The notes: generated by a model from the sequence alone, not told the origin. 64,000 bases of DNA from an uncultured Gammaproteobacteria bacterium (GCA_964497245.1 CAZCCC010000001.1:10297-74296); one strand, 5' to 3'. Shown: positions 34,449 to 44,563, counted from the stretch's first letter. Made by a program: numbers and translations.

Positions 34449-36689
34449 ATGAAATTAAAAAGAACATTGTTTTTACTATTTTTTATTTTTGCTGTTTTTT
34501 TTATTAATTGTAAAGAGCCTTCTGCCTCTGCGACTGAAAATAAAAATTTTCGCTTAGGTGAAGCCCTGCTTAAATTTAAAGGAAATCCCGAAATTTATAA
34601 AATTAGTTTTTCTGAGGATGCAAACATTGAAACCGTAATAAGCGAATATGCTATTATTGGAGAAATAGAATACATTGAACCCAATTATATTGTAAAAACT
34701 GTTGCTTTTCCTAATGATCCAGACTACAATTTGCAGTGGTATTTTACTCCGATTAATGCCAGAGATTTTTGGATTAAAGAATCTCTTTTAAGAGAGCAGG
34801 AAAATAATCATATTAGGCCAGTTATTGCCATTTTGGATACAGGTGTTGATTTAAATCATCCTGATTTAAAAAATAATATTTGGATAAATAAAAAAGAGAT
34901 AGATGGAAATGGTATTGATGATGATAAAAACGGCTATATTGATGATATAAATGGTTGGAATTTTGTTGAGAATAATTCAGACCCTAATCCGGTAGTATCT
35001 CCTTATTATGATCAAAGTGCAGTAAAACATGGTACAATTGTTGCAGGAATTTCGGCCGCAGTCACCAATAACGGACAGGGAATTGCCGGGATGAGCCGAT
35101 TTGCCCAGATAATGGCCTTAAGGGTTTTGGACAGCGACGGTACCGGCGATGTTTATTCGGTGATAAGGGCTATAGATTATTCAATTAGAAATAAAGCTGA
35201 TCTAATAAACATGAGTTTTGTTGGTGATACCTATAGCCAGGGGCTTTATGACGCAATAAAGAGGGCATATGACAGTGGAATTTTAGTAGTGGCAGCCGCT
35301 GGCAACACCGATCCTAATGCCAATGGCGTTGATTTAGATAAAGTGAGACATTATCCGGTTTGTTATGACGGTCCAAACGGTGAAAATATGGTAATCGGGG
35401 TTGCTTCTTTGGACCGGAGTTTAAAGAAATCCAAGTTTTCTAATTACGGGAGCTGTATTGATTTAGTTGCTCCTGGAGAAGAATTTTATTCTACACAAGT
35501 CTACGATTCAAATGTTTTTGGTTTTAATAGATATTATGGCGGTTATTGGTCGGGAACTTCGGTTTCCGCTCCGCTAGTAAGCGGAACTTTGGCGACAATT
35601 AAAGCTCTGCGTCCGAATTTAAGACCTGACCAGATAAGAGATTTGGTTTTAAATAACACTATTGATATATATCCATACAATAAAGAATATCAAGGTAAGC
35701 TTGGAAGCGGAATGCTTGATTCAACAAAAGCGCTGGAAGGAGTATTGGATAAAAAGTCGGAAGTAGTCGGTGACTTAAAAAACAGCAGCTATATTGTAGC
35801 CGGACTGGGGCTTGGTTCTCATCCGCAGCTTAAAATTTTAAGACCGGACGGATCAGTTTTTAAGGCTTTTTATGCTTATAATCCTAATTTTAGCGGCCTT
35901 ATTAGTGTCGCAGTCGGCGATGTAACCGGCGACGGCAAACAAGAAATTATCACTGCTCCGGGTCCAGGAGGCGGACCTCATATTAGAATATTTAATATTG
36001 AAGGTCAACCAATTTCGCAATTTTTTGCTTGGCAAGAGAGTTTTCGTGGCGGAGTTAATGTCGCAGTCGGCGATGTAACCGGCGACGGCAAGAGGGAAAT
36101 AATTGTCGGCTTAGGTAGCGGCGCTCAGCCGGAAGTCAAAGTCTTTGATTATAAAGGTAGGTTAATAAGCAGTTTTTTGGCTTATGATGAAAAGTTTAGA
36201 GGTGGAGTTAAAGTGGCAGTTGGTGATGTTAATAAAAATAAAATAGCTGAAATAGTGACCGGTGCCGGATCAGGCGGCGGTCCTCATGTTAGAATTTTTA
36301 ATTATCAAGGGTCGCTAATTTCTCAATTTTTTGTTTTTAATCATTATGTCACTAAGGGAATAAATATAGCTTGCGGTGATCTTTCTGGCAATGGTCAAGC
36401 AGAGATAGTTGTTGCCTTGGAAAAAGAATCATTGCCAATAGTTAGAATTTTTAATTATAAAGGAGATAAATTAAATGATTTTTTTGCTTACCAATCTTCT
36501 TATCATGGTTTGAATCTGGCAATAGGTGATATTGACGGCGACAAAATTTCGGAAATTATTACCGGGATAGGAGTTGGTGGCAAGCCGGAAATTAAAATTT
36601 TTGATTTCTTCGGAAAAAGTAAAATTGATTTTCTGGCTCATACTGAAAATTATTCCGGAGGTGCAAGGGTTGGAATTATTAATTACTAA
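34449..36689 (+). CDS. Secreted subtilisin-like serine protease (S8) fused to FG-GAP/VCBS-type beta-propeller repeats
   Basis: 746 aa; signal/TM region, catalytic triad motifs AILDTGVD, HGTIVAGI, GTSVSAPLVSGT; at least 6 repeats of VAVGDVTGDGK.EII...G.GGGPHIRIFN. Confidence 0.8.
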   Translation: MKLKRTLFLLFFIFAVFFINCKEPSASATENKNFRLGEALLKFKGNPEIYKISFSEDANIETVISEYAIIGEIEYIEPNYIVKTVAFPNDPDYNLQWYFTPINARDFWIKESLLREQENNHIRPVIAILDTGVDLNHPDLKNNIWINKKEIDGNGIDDDKNGYIDDINGWNFVENNSDPNPVVSPYYDQSAVKHGTIVAGISAAVTNNGQGIAGMSRFAQIMALRVLDSDGTGDVYSVIRAIDYSIRNKADLINMSFVGDTYSQGLYDAIKRAYDSGILVVAAAGNTDPNANGVDLDKVRHYPVCYDGPNGENMVIGVASLDRSLKKSKFSNYGSCIDLVAPGEEFYSTQVYDSNVFGFNRYYGGYWSGTSVSAPLVSGTLATIKALRPNLRPDQIRDLVLNNTIDIYPYNKEYQGKLGSGMLDSTKALEGVLDKKSEVVGDLKNSSYIVAGLGLGSHPQLKILRPDGSVFKAFYAYNPNFSGLISVAVGDVTGDGKQEIITAPGPGGGPHIRIFNIEGQPISQFFAWQESFRGGVNVAVGDVTGDGKREIIVGLGSGAQPEVKVFDYKGRLISSFLAYDEKFRGGVKVAVGDVNKNKIAEIVTGAGSGGGPHVRIFNYQGSLISQFFVFNHYVTKGINIACGDLSGNGQAEIVVALEKESLPIVRIFNYKGDKLNDFFAYQSSYHGLNLAIGDIDGDKISEIITGIGVGGKPEIKIFDFFGKSKIDFLAHTENYSGGARVGIINY
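35907..36091 (+). repeat. Exact 32-bp intragenic repeat (two copies, 35907-35938 and 36060-36091) corresponding to FG-GAP repeat modules
   Basis: gtcgcagtcggcgatgtaaccggcgacggcaa occurs twice. Confidence 0.8.
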
Positions 36690-36693
36690 TCTG

Positions 36694-37128
36694 ATGAATA
36701 TTGGTAAGTTTATATTTGTTACAGCCAAAGAATTAAGGCAGTTTATAAAATTTTGTATTGTTGGAGTAATTGCCGCTTTAATTCATTTTTTAGTGATGTA
36801 TCTGATGACTGAAAAATTTGCTTTTTGGTATGTTTATTCAGCGCTAAGCGGAGGAATAATTTCAGCGATATGGAATTTTTTAGCCAATAAGTTTTGGACA
36901 TTTAAAAATTTGGCTTTCGGTTATCAGGCAGTAAGTCAGGCAGTTAAATTTTTTGTAGTAATTTGTCTTGGGGTTGGGCTTAATACGGTTATTATTTTTA
37001 TGTTTACCGATTTTTTAAATTTTGATTACAGGCTGTCATGGGTTTTTGCTACCGGCATTGTTTTGTTTTGGAATTTTGGTTTTAATAAATTTTGGACGTT
37101 TAGGCTTAATTCCGAAATTAGCCTTTAA
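36694..37128 (+). CDS. GtrA-family membrane protein (second copy in window)
   Basis: 145 aa from the ATG at 36694 (in frame with the ORF-track start at 36574, which overlaps the protease gene). QFIKFCIVGVIAALIHFLVMYLM...AIWNFLANKFWTFKN. Confidence 0.6.
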   Translation: MNIGKFIFVTAKELRQFIKFCIVGVIAALIHFLVMYLMTEKFAFWYVYSALSGGIISAIWNFLANKFWTFKNLAFGYQAVSQAVKFFVVICLGVGLNTVIIFMFTDFLNFDYRLSWVFATGIVLFWNFGFNKFWTFRLNSEISL

Positions 37129-37236
37129 TTTGTTTTTTTTCGTATTTTAAGATATAATTTAGTAAAATAAAGGAACAGCTGATTTAAAAAAATACCCAAT
37201 AGCAAGCTTATTAATGTCAATAATAAATATATTTTT

Positions 37237-38286
37237 ATGCCAAAAAGAGTAATTTTTGAGAAGAAAAACGTTTTAGTAACAGGGGGAGCTGGATTTATTG
37301 GCTCTCATCTTTGTGATGAATTAATAAGTGAAAATAAGGTTATATGCATTGATAATTTTATTTCCGGGGATGAGGCTAATATTGACCATTTATTACAGAA
37401 TCCTAATTTTCAATTTATTAAACATGATATCAATATTCCTTTTGATCTGGATTCTTTTCCCGAACTTGATAAATTTAAGATCAAGTTTCAAGGTGTTCAA
37501 GAAATTTATCATTTAGCCTGTCCGACATCCCCCAAGGATTTTGAAAAAACCGTAATAGATACCGTACTTGCCAATTCAATCGGGGTAAAAAATGTTTTAG
37601 ATTTAGCTGTAAAATATAAAGCAAAATTTCTTTTTGTTTCTTCTCCCGTTATTTATGGTCCAAGAGATAAAAAAAATCCTTATTTTAATGAAGAATATAA
37701 AGGAGTAGTAGATCATTTAAGTCCTAGGGCATGTTATGATGAAGGAAAAAGATTTGCCGAAACCCTGGTTAAAACTTACGGAGTTAATTATGACCTTGAT
37801 GCAAAAATTGCTCGAGTATTCAGAACCTACGGCCCGAGAATGATGCTTAGAACAGGTCAAATGATTCCTGATTTTGTTTATAATGCTCTTGAGAACAAAG
37901 ATTTGGTTATTTTTGGCGGGGAAGATTTTTCTTCTTCTTTTTGCCATGTTTCTGATATAGTTCAAGGATTGGTGAAATTTATGAAAAGCGTTGAACAGGG
38001 TCCTTTTAATTTTGGTAGTGACTTAGAATATAAAATTGTTGATGTTGCTAAAAAAATAATTAAGCTTACTGACTCAAAATCAAGTGTTGTTTTTAAAAAT
38101 CCATTGCTTTTTATGAGCCCTTTGGGTTTTCCCGATCTTACTTTGGTAAAAGAAAAATTAAGCTGGTTTCCAATTATTTTGCTTGAAGATGGTATAAAAG
38201 GGGCGATTGATTATTTTAGGGCATATAAATACAATTTAAAGCCAACAAGTAAACTTAAGCAGCTTTTAGAAGAAGAGCTTGGGTAA
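37237..38286 (+). CDS. NAD-dependent epimerase/dehydratase, UDP-glucuronate decarboxylase (UXS)-like
   Basis: 349 aa; VLVTGGAGFIGSHLCDEL, PRACYDEGKRFAETLV (cf. UXS YDEGKRVAETL). Confidence 0.65.
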   Translation: MPKRVIFEKKNVLVTGGAGFIGSHLCDELISENKVICIDNFISGDEANIDHLLQNPNFQFIKHDINIPFDLDSFPELDKFKIKFQGVQEIYHLACPTSPKDFEKTVIDTVLANSIGVKNVLDLAVKYKAKFLFVSSPVIYGPRDKKNPYFNEEYKGVVDHLSPRACYDEGKRFAETLVKTYGVNYDLDAKIARVFRTYGPRMMLRTGQMIPDFVYNALENKDLVIFGGEDFSSSFCHVSDIVQGLVKFMKSVEQGPFNFGSDLEYKIVDVAKKIIKLTDSKSSVVFKNPLLFMSPLGFPDLTLVKEKLSWFPIILLEDGIKGAIDYFRAYKYNLKPTSKLKQLLEEELG

Positions 38287-38292
38287 TTTGCT

Positions 38293-38964
38293 ATGAAAAT
38301 ATTTGCGGTCATCCCAGCTTATAATGAAGCAGAAGTCATAAAACAGGTGGTCAATTCAATTTCCAATATGGTTGACGAAGTAATAGTTGTAGATGATGGT
38401 TCAAGTGACCAGACTTTTTGTCTAGCTATAGAGTCAGGCGCAAAGACTTTGCGTCATTTTTTAAATCGGGGGCAGGGAGCAGCCTTGCAGACGGGAATTG
38501 ATTTTGCTTTGAGAATGGGTGCTGATATTATAGTCACTTATGACGCTGACGGTCAGTTTATTCCAGAAGAAATCGAGAAAATTATTAAACCCTTGCTTCT
38601 GGGGGAATGCGATATTTGTCTGGGCTCGCGATTTTTAGATGACAAAAGTAAAATTCCTAAAATAAAAAAAACAGTTTTAAAGTTTGCAGTTCTGGTGACC
38701 AGAATTTATACCGGTTTGTCGGTTACGGATACTCATAATGGCTTTCGGGCTTTATCTGAAAAAGCCGCCAGGCTGATAATAATAAAACAAGACAAAATGG
38801 CCCATGCTTCAGAGATACTTGAGCAGGTGAAAAAACATAATCTAAAATTTAAAGAAATTCCCGTTACTGTAAAATATACAGATTATTCTTTGCAAAAAGG
38901 GCAAAAAATTTCCAACTCATTTAAAATAATTCGTGATTTAATTATTAGCAGGGTTACAAGATGA
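38293..38964 (+). CDS. GT2 glycosyltransferase (short DPM/GtrB-like catalytic domain)
   Basis: 223 aa; FAVIPAYNEAEVI, VVVDDGSSDQT, TYDADGQ. Confidence 0.7.
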   Translation: MKIFAVIPAYNEAEVIKQVVNSISNMVDEVIVVDDGSSDQTFCLAIESGAKTLRHFLNRGQGAALQTGIDFALRMGADIIVTYDADGQFIPEEIEKIIKPLLLGECDICLGSRFLDDKSKIPKIKKTVLKFAVLVTRIYTGLSVTDTHNGFRALSEKAARLIIIKQDKMAHASEILEQVKKHNLKFKEIPVTVKYTDYSLQKGQKISNSFKIIRDLIISRVTR

Positions 38965-39299
38965 TAATTAAGGCAATAATAATTTTATTCATTCTATTCG
39001 TTTTATGGCGGACTTTTTTGCGTTTTCAGAAAGGGGATATAACCAGTCGGGAATTTTTCATTTGGCTTGTGTTTTGGTTTATGGTTGCAGCCGCTACAAT
39101 GGCTCCGAAAAGAACAGATATAATTGCTCAGTTGCTTGGCGTGGAGCGGGGTGCTGATTTGTTGGTTTACATTTCAATTATAGTTTTATTTTTTACCGTT
39201 TTTAAAATTATAGTAAAACTGGAAAAAATTGATAGAGATATTACAAAAATTGTAAGAAAAAATGCATTAGACAAGGCAGACAAGGAAATAAAAAATTAA
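38961..39299 (+). CDS. Small 2-3 TM membrane protein (DUF2304-like GT2 partner)
   Basis: 112 aa; hydrophobic N-terminal half, charged C-terminal tail; ATGA overlap with the upstream GT2. Confidence 0.45.
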   Translation: MIIKAIIILFILFVLWRTFLRFQKGDITSREFFIWLVFWFMVAAATMAPKRTDIIAQLLGVERGADLLVYISIIVLFFTVFKIIVKLEKIDRDITKIVRKNALDKADKEIKN

Positions 39300-39309
39300 G
39301 AAATTAAAA

Positions 39310-40353
39310 ATGAATAGTAAAATATTAATTGTCATTTTAAATTACAATGGCACAGATTATATCGGCGATTGTTTTTCCAGTTTGGAAAAAATAAATTATC
39401 CCAAAGATTATTTTCAAATCTTAGTGATTGACAACGCTTCGGCCGATAATTCATTGGAATTAATTAAAAATAAATGGCCGCGAATCAAAATAATTGAAAA
39501 TAAAGAGAATATCGGTTTTGCCGCCGGCAATAATATCGGTTTTGATTATGCTGTTCAAAATAATTTTGATTATGTTTATCTGCTTAATCAAGACACAGCG
39601 GTTGAACCCGATTTTTTATTTGAAGCAATTGAGTTGGCAGAAACAGATGAAAAAATCGGTGCAGTCCAGTCCAAGCTTTTACTTTTTCAAAACAAAAAAA
39701 TTAACAGTATTGGAAATGAAATTCATTTTTTAGGTTTCGGCTATGCTGGCGGCTACCAGATGTCTGATTCTGAAATAGCAGTCAAGGAAATTACTTATCC
39801 TTCCGGAGCGGCAGTTCTTATTAAAATAAAAGCTTTAAAAGAAGTCGGTTTTTTCAATGAAGAATTTTTTGCTTATCATGAAGATACTGATTTAGGCTGG
39901 CGGATGTGGCTTTGTAATTTTAAGGTTATGCTTGCACCAAAATCAGTTGTTTATCATAAGTATGAGTTTTCTCGCTCAATAAAGAAATATTATTACATGG
40001 AGCGCAATCGTTATTTAATAATGCTTCAAAATTACAAAATGGGGACTTTATTTTTAATATTGCCGGCGGCAACCTTAATGGATATTGCAATGTTTTTTTA
40101 CGCTTTTTTTGGCGGTTTTTGGAAAGAAGAATTTAGGGTTTATACATATTTCTTTCGGAAAAAATCTTGGGATAATATTTTAAAATCACGGCAGGATATT
40201 CAGGCAAAAAGGAAAGTGAAAGACAAAGAAGTGGTAAAAAGATTTACCGGTAAAATTGAATTTCAAGATTTGAATAATCCATTGCTTAAGTATATTGCCA
40301 ATCCGTTTTTTAATGCCTATTGGCAGATTGCCAAAAGGATTATTTGGTGGTAA
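39310..40353 (+). CDS. GT2 glycosyltransferase (rhamnosyltransferase-like)
   Basis: 347 aa; ILIVILNYNGTDYI, VIDNASADNS, DTDLGWRM. Confidence 0.7.
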   Translation: MNSKILIVILNYNGTDYIGDCFSSLEKINYPKDYFQILVIDNASADNSLELIKNKWPRIKIIENKENIGFAAGNNIGFDYAVQNNFDYVYLLNQDTAVEPDFLFEAIELAETDEKIGAVQSKLLLFQNKKINSIGNEIHFLGFGYAGGYQMSDSEIAVKEITYPSGAAVLIKIKALKEVGFFNEEFFAYHEDTDLGWRMWLCNFKVMLAPKSVVYHKYEFSRSIKKYYYMERNRYLIMLQNYKMGTLFLILPAATLMDIAMFFYAFFGGFWKEEFRVYTYFFRKKSWDNILKSRQDIQAKRKVKDKEVVKRFTGKIEFQDLNNPLLKYIANPFFNAYWQIAKRIIWW

Positions 40354-40443
40354 TTTTTAGGGTTATAATAGACAGAAATGATATTAAAAAAATTTATTTT
40401 TTGGAACCCTTTGCTCAATAATTAAAATTAAAAGTTATTTTTT

Positions 40444-40480
40444 AAAAAACATCCTAGATATAAAGTCTGGATGTTTTTTA
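40444..40480. terminator. Bidirectional intrinsic terminator between convergent genes
   Basis: Perfect 10-bp stem aaaaacatcc (40445-40454) / ggatgttttt (40469-40478), 14-nt loop, A-tract upstream and T-tract downstream. Confidence 0.6.
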
Positions 40481-40574
40481 ACGAGATAGTTATGGCTTTT
40501 TTGGCTTCCTTCAAACTAGGGAAGGTTGTATAGACAATAATCATGAAAGAAATTAAAACAATTAGTTTTAATTT

Positions 40575-40949
40575 CTAGGCTTTCCAAAGGCCATGCAGAT
40601 TGCAGTATTCTCTGGCGGTAATATTTTCCGCTTTAATGAAAAATTCAGCAACCGGATCATCTCCTGGCTTGAGAAATTTTTTGTATGATTTATCATCAGC
40701 GATTATTTCTATCCATTCAATATAATGAGTTTTTTCCATTGGATGAAACACTGAACCAATGCTTACTTTAATTTTGTTTTCCATTTTTTCAATTACCGGG
40801 ACATGTTTTTCCAGTGAAGCATCAACTGTATTTTCTTGTTGTAATTTCATCGGTTGTCCGCAACAGACCAACTCACCGGCTCCGGCATGGACCATTTCAA
40901 CGATATTGCCGCAGACTTCACATTTATATACTTGGTTTATTTCAGTCAT
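40575..40949 (-). CDS. dfx: Desulfoferrodoxin (2Fe superoxide reductase)
   Basis: 124 aa; N-terminal desulforedoxin domain [27 protein letters not shown]; C-terminal centre II histidines ([13 protein letters not shown]). Confidence 0.8.
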   Translation of the reverse strand: MTEINQVYKCEVCGNIVEMVHAGAGELVCCGQPMKLQQENTVDASLEKHVPVIEKMENKIKVSIGSVFHPMEKTHYIEWIEIIADDKSYKKFLKPGDDPVAEFFIKAENITAREYCNLHGLWKA

Positions 40950-40959
40950 ATTTTATAAA

Positions 40960-41544
40960 TTAATATTCTTCACATTTAATTTGATAATAGGCGCTGGAAT
41001 GATCGCAAGACGGGCACATTTCTGGCGGTTCAGCGCCGAAGTGAGCATATCCGCATTCTCGGCAAATCCACCAGACTTTTTCTTCTTTTTTAAATACCGT
41101 ACCGGCTTCAACTTGGACAAGTAATTTTTTGTAGCGTTCTTCGTGATGCTTTTCTGCGTTGGCAATTGACCTTAACCTTCTGGCAATTTCATCAAGACCT
41201 TCTTCTTCGGCAGTTTTCGCAAACTCGGGATACATTTCATTATATTCATAATATTCTCCGGCTGCCGCTTCTTTCAGATTTTTTGCAGTATTGCCATAAG
41301 TATTAGGCGATGCCGCTTCAACTATAATTTCATTGGTTTTATCGCCCATTTTTTCCTTAAGTTCCTGAATGTGCTCAAAAAGCCGTTTAGCATGAGTTTT
41401 CTCTTGTTCGGCCGTAATTAAAAAAATTTCCGCGATTTGTTCAAAGCCTTCTTTTTTGGCGATTTTTGCATAAAATGTGTATCTGTTTCGCGCTTGTGAT
41501 TCGCCAATAAAGGCTTTAGTTAAATTTTTTATTGTTTTTTCCAT
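40960..41544 (-). CDS. rbr: Rubrerythrin (di-iron ferritin-like domain + C-terminal rubredoxin-like domain)
   Basis: 194 aa; [27 protein letters not shown]...[10 protein letters not shown]; C-terminus [10 protein letters not shown]...CPSCDH. Confidence 0.8.
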   Translation of the reverse strand: MEKTIKNLTKAFIGESQARNRYTFYAKIAKKEGFEQIAEIFLITAEQEKTHAKRLFEHIQELKEKMGDKTNEIIVEAASPNTYGNTAKNLKEAAAGEYYEYNEMYPEFAKTAEEEGLDEIARRLRSIANAEKHHEERYKKLLVQVEAGTVFKKEEKVWWICRECGYAHFGAEPPEMCPSCDHSSAYYQIKCEEY

Positions 41545-41580
41545 AAATTTAAACTTATTGATTAATTGTTAATTTCAGAT

Positions 41581-41730
41581 TTTATTGGCGACGTAGAGCG
41601 AGTGAAACAATCCGCCAAAGGCGGATTGTTTCCGAGCCGAGGAGCCAAAAAGGGTTAATACCACGTCATGACTTTACGTCGGGACTGCGGAAGAAGTGGG
41701 CGGAGCTTGCTTCGGGGTTAATACCCTTTA
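41581..41730 (+). repeat. Structured repeat element copy E1 (150 bp; candidate ncRNA or MITE-like element)
   Basis: 5' ttattggcgacgtagagcgagtg; perfect hairpin aaacaatccgcc-aaag-ggcggattgttt (41605-41632); internal aaaaagggttaatacc; 3' ggggttaatacccttta. Confidence 0.6.
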
Positions 41731-41802
41731 TTGTATCATAAATATTTTTTTTAGTAAATATTTTTATTTGATAAATAAGATAAAATAAGCTAAAATTATA
41801 TT

Positions 41803-42951
41803 ATGAAAATAGCAATTATTACCTCAACTTTTCCACCTTATGCCGGAGGAATTGGCAATGTTGCCGCTTTTAATGCCAAAGAGCTTTTAAAATTAGGGCA
41901 TAAAGTGGTTGTTTTTACTCCTTTTTATGAAAAAGTAAAAGAAGAGTTTACTGATTTTGAAATTAAGCGCCTTCCACCTTTATTTAACTATGGAAATGCC
42001 GCAATTGTTTTGTCTCTCAGGTGGGCACTTCAAGATTTTGATATTATTCATATCCATTATCCTTTTTTTGGCGGAGCTGAAGTGATCTGGCTTTACAGCA
42101 GGAGATTTAAAAAACAGGGGGCAAAAATTATCCTTCATTATCATATGGACGTCTGTGGACAAGGAGCTATGAAATTTTTTTTCAAACTTCATAAATCATT
42201 AATTCTTCCCAGGATAGTAAAAATTTCCGATAAGGTAATATTTACTTCAATGGATTACGGTCAGAATTCTTACCTAGCGGAGTTTTTTAAAAAAGATCCC
42301 AAAAAGTTTATTGAAGTTCCAAATGGCGTTGACAGTAATAACTTTTATTCGGCTCCAAAAGACAATATTCTGCTGGAAAAATATGAAATTACTGAAGATG
42401 AAAAAATTGTTTTATTTGTGGGCGGATTAGACAAAGCCCACTATTTTAAAGGCATTGAATATTTAATAGAGGCAATGAGCCGTTTAAGAAATTCCCAATA
42501 CCTTTGGCGGCTTTTAATAGTTGGAGAAGGAGACTTAAAAAAATATTATGTTTCATTAGTGGATCAATTTAGGCTTAAATCAAAAGTGATTTTTGCTGGT
42601 TATGTATCAAATGAAGATTTGCCGAAATATTATAATTTGGCGGATGTGGCAGTTTTACCCTCAGTTGATAAGTCTGAAGCTTTTGGCCTCACCTTGGTTG
42701 AAGCAATGAGCTGTGGCAAGCCGGTAGTAGCCTCAAATTTGCCCGGCGTCAGAAGCGTTGTCACTGAAAAAATGAACGGCTTGCTGGTTGAGCCGGGAAA
42801 TTCAGATGATTTGGCAGCAAAAATAAATTATTTTTTAAGTGATTCTCAGCAGTCTTATGATTTCGGCAAAGCTGGGAGAAATAAAGTAAAGCTCAAATAT
42901 GATTGGTCAATAATCGGTCGTAAGCTTGATGAACTTTACAAGGGGTTATGA
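41803..42951 (+). CDS. Glycosyltransferase family 4
   Basis: 382 aa; EAFGLTLVEAMSCGKPVVASNLPGVRSVV. Confidence 0.75.
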   Translation: MKIAIITSTFPPYAGGIGNVAAFNAKELLKLGHKVVVFTPFYEKVKEEFTDFEIKRLPPLFNYGNAAIVLSLRWALQDFDIIHIHYPFFGGAEVIWLYSRRFKKQGAKIILHYHMDVCGQGAMKFFFKLHKSLILPRIVKISDKVIFTSMDYGQNSYLAEFFKKDPKKFIEVPNGVDSNNFYSAPKDNILLEKYEITEDEKIVLFVGGLDKAHYFKGIEYLIEAMSRLRNSQYLWRLLIVGEGDLKKYYVSLVDQFRLKSKVIFAGYVSNEDLPKYYNLADVAVLPSVDKSEAFGLTLVEAMSCGKPVVASNLPGVRSVVTEKMNGLLVEPGNSDDLAAKINYFLSDSQQSYDFGKAGRNKVKLKYDWSIIGRKLDELYKGL

Positions 42952-43325
42952 GCAGAGTTGGTCGTATTATTTTTTGGTGGGTGGCGGTTTTTTTCTGGTT
43001 TATGGTAATTTATTATTTTTCCAGCCAGCCGAGCCTTAAATCAGACTTTCAACCTTTTTGGGATTTGATTTTAAGAAAAATTGCCCACATGGCCGAGTTT
43101 TTTGTTTTGGCTTATTTATTTTTTAATGCCTATCGGAGCCTTGGCTTGAAAGTAGGACGATCGCTTTTACTAGCTTTTATTTTTTCTTTGGTTTATGCAT
43201 TTTTTGACGAATGGCATCAGGATCAAGTTCTGGGTAGAACCAAAAGCATTATTGATGTGGTAATAGATGGATTGGGAATTTCCGTTTTTATTTTTTTGAA
43301 GTTAATTCAGAAATCAAAAAATTAG
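42948..43325 (+). CDS. VanZ-like family membrane protein
   Basis: 125 aa; 4 TM; FFDEWHQDQVLGR (VanZ DE.hQ motif). Confidence 0.6.
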   Translation: MSRVGRIIFWWVAVFFWFMVIYYFSSQPSLKSDFQPFWDLILRKIAHMAEFFVLAYLFFNAYRSLGLKVGRSLLLAFIFSLVYAFFDEWHQDQVLGRTKSIIDVVIDGLGISVFIFLKLIQKSKN

Positions 43326-43395
43326 GTCGTCAGTTCGGCTAAAAACTAATAGTGTAATTGGGTGTTTTAAAATAATTAAATTTTATTAATATATT

Positions 43396-44562
43396 ATGAA
43401 AATATGTCTGATTCATAGCTTATATAAACCATATACTCGAGGCGGGGCTGAGGTTGTTGTTGAAAATATTATTGATGGTTTTTTAAAGTTTGGACATGAA
43501 GTAATTTTGGTCACAATCGGCAGAAAAAATGAAGTTCAGCAAGAAGGAAGGTTAAAAATTTACCGGATTAATCCTTTTAATGTTTTTTCTTTTTTAAAGA
43601 TAGATAAAATGCCTGTTTGGCTCAGATTGTTTTGGCATCCGTTGGATGTTTTTAATTTTTCAAGTTATTTTAAAATAAAAAAAATTCTAAAGTTAGAAAG
43701 GCCTAAAGTGGTAATGACTCATAACCTGAAAGGAATTGGCTATTTGGTGCCGGCAGCAATAAGGCGGAGAAAAATTAGGCATTTCCATACTGTTCACGAT
43801 GTTCAGCTTTCACGGCCATCCGGCTTGATAATTTTTGGCCAAGAAAAACCGTTTTTAATCTTAGATAAGCTTTATGAAAAAATTGTCAAAAGGCTTTTTG
43901 GGAATCCCGACTTGCTGATTTCGCCTTCGCGTTGGCTTTTGGGGTATTATCAAGCGCGCGGGTTTTTTTATGAGTCAAAAAAAGTGGTGATGGCAAACCC
44001 GATAATTTTTAAGAAAACTGATAAAAGAGAGGAAGTATTAGTAGAAGAAAAAATCATTTTTTTATTTGTTGGGCAGCTGGAGTGGTTTAAGGGAATTCTT
44101 TTTTTAATTGATACTTTAAAAGAGGTTAAGTCGCAGAATTGGCAGCTTTTGATAATCGGTTCTGGTGGTGTTCAAAAAGCCGTTCAGAAAGAAGTTTTGG
44201 GAGATAGCCGTTTTAAATTTATTGGAAGAGTTGATCATGAAAAGTTGGCGGAATTTTATCGCCAAGCTGATTTTACCGTTGTCCCATCCCTTTGTTATGA
44301 AAACTCGCCGAAAGTGATTGATGAGAGTCTGGTGGCTAATGTTCCGGTAATTGCCGCAGATATCGGCGGGGTTTCTGAAATAGTCAAAGATTATTACAAT
44401 GGATTTACTTTTGCCCCTGGCAATAAGAAGAATTTAATAGAAGTCTTAGAATATTTTTTGAATAATCGGGAAAAAATAGCTGATCTTAAAAAAAATTGTT
44501 TTATTTCAGTGAGGAATTCTTCAATCAGAAATTATATTAATCAGCTTTTGAAATTAATTTAG
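43396..44562 (+). CDS. Glycosyltransferase family 4
   Basis: 388 aa; LCYENSPKVIDESLVANVPVIAADIGGVSEIV. Confidence 0.65.
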   Translation: MKICLIHSLYKPYTRGGAEVVVENIIDGFLKFGHEVILVTIGRKNEVQQEGRLKIYRINPFNVFSFLKIDKMPVWLRLFWHPLDVFNFSSYFKIKKILKLERPKVVMTHNLKGIGYLVPAAIRRRKIRHFHTVHDVQLSRPSGLIIFGQEKPFLILDKLYEKIVKRLFGNPDLLISPSRWLLGYYQARGFFYESKKVVMANPIIFKKTDKREEVLVEEKIIFLFVGQLEWFKGILFLIDTLKEVKSQNWQLLIIGSGGVQKAVQKEVLGDSRFKFIGRVDHEKLAEFYRQADFTVVPSLCYENSPKVIDESLVANVPVIAADIGGVSEIVKDYYNGFTFAPGNKKNLIEVLEYFLNNREKIADLKKNCFISVRNSSIRNYINQLLKLI

Positions 44563-44563
44563 G

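Noticed and set aside
40759-41165. ORFs 40759-41124(+) and 40953-41165(-) in the dfx/rbr region
   Set aside because: Antisense to or out of frame with clear desulfoferrodoxin and rubrerythrin coding sequences.
41581-41730. Interpreting the E elements simply as intrinsic terminators, tRNAs or known riboswitches
   Set aside because: E1 lies upstream, not downstream, of both flanking genes and E3 is in the wrong orientation for its neighbour; there is no cloverleaf or tRNA-like GC content, and no match that I can recall to common riboswitch cores; left as an unassigned structured repeat.
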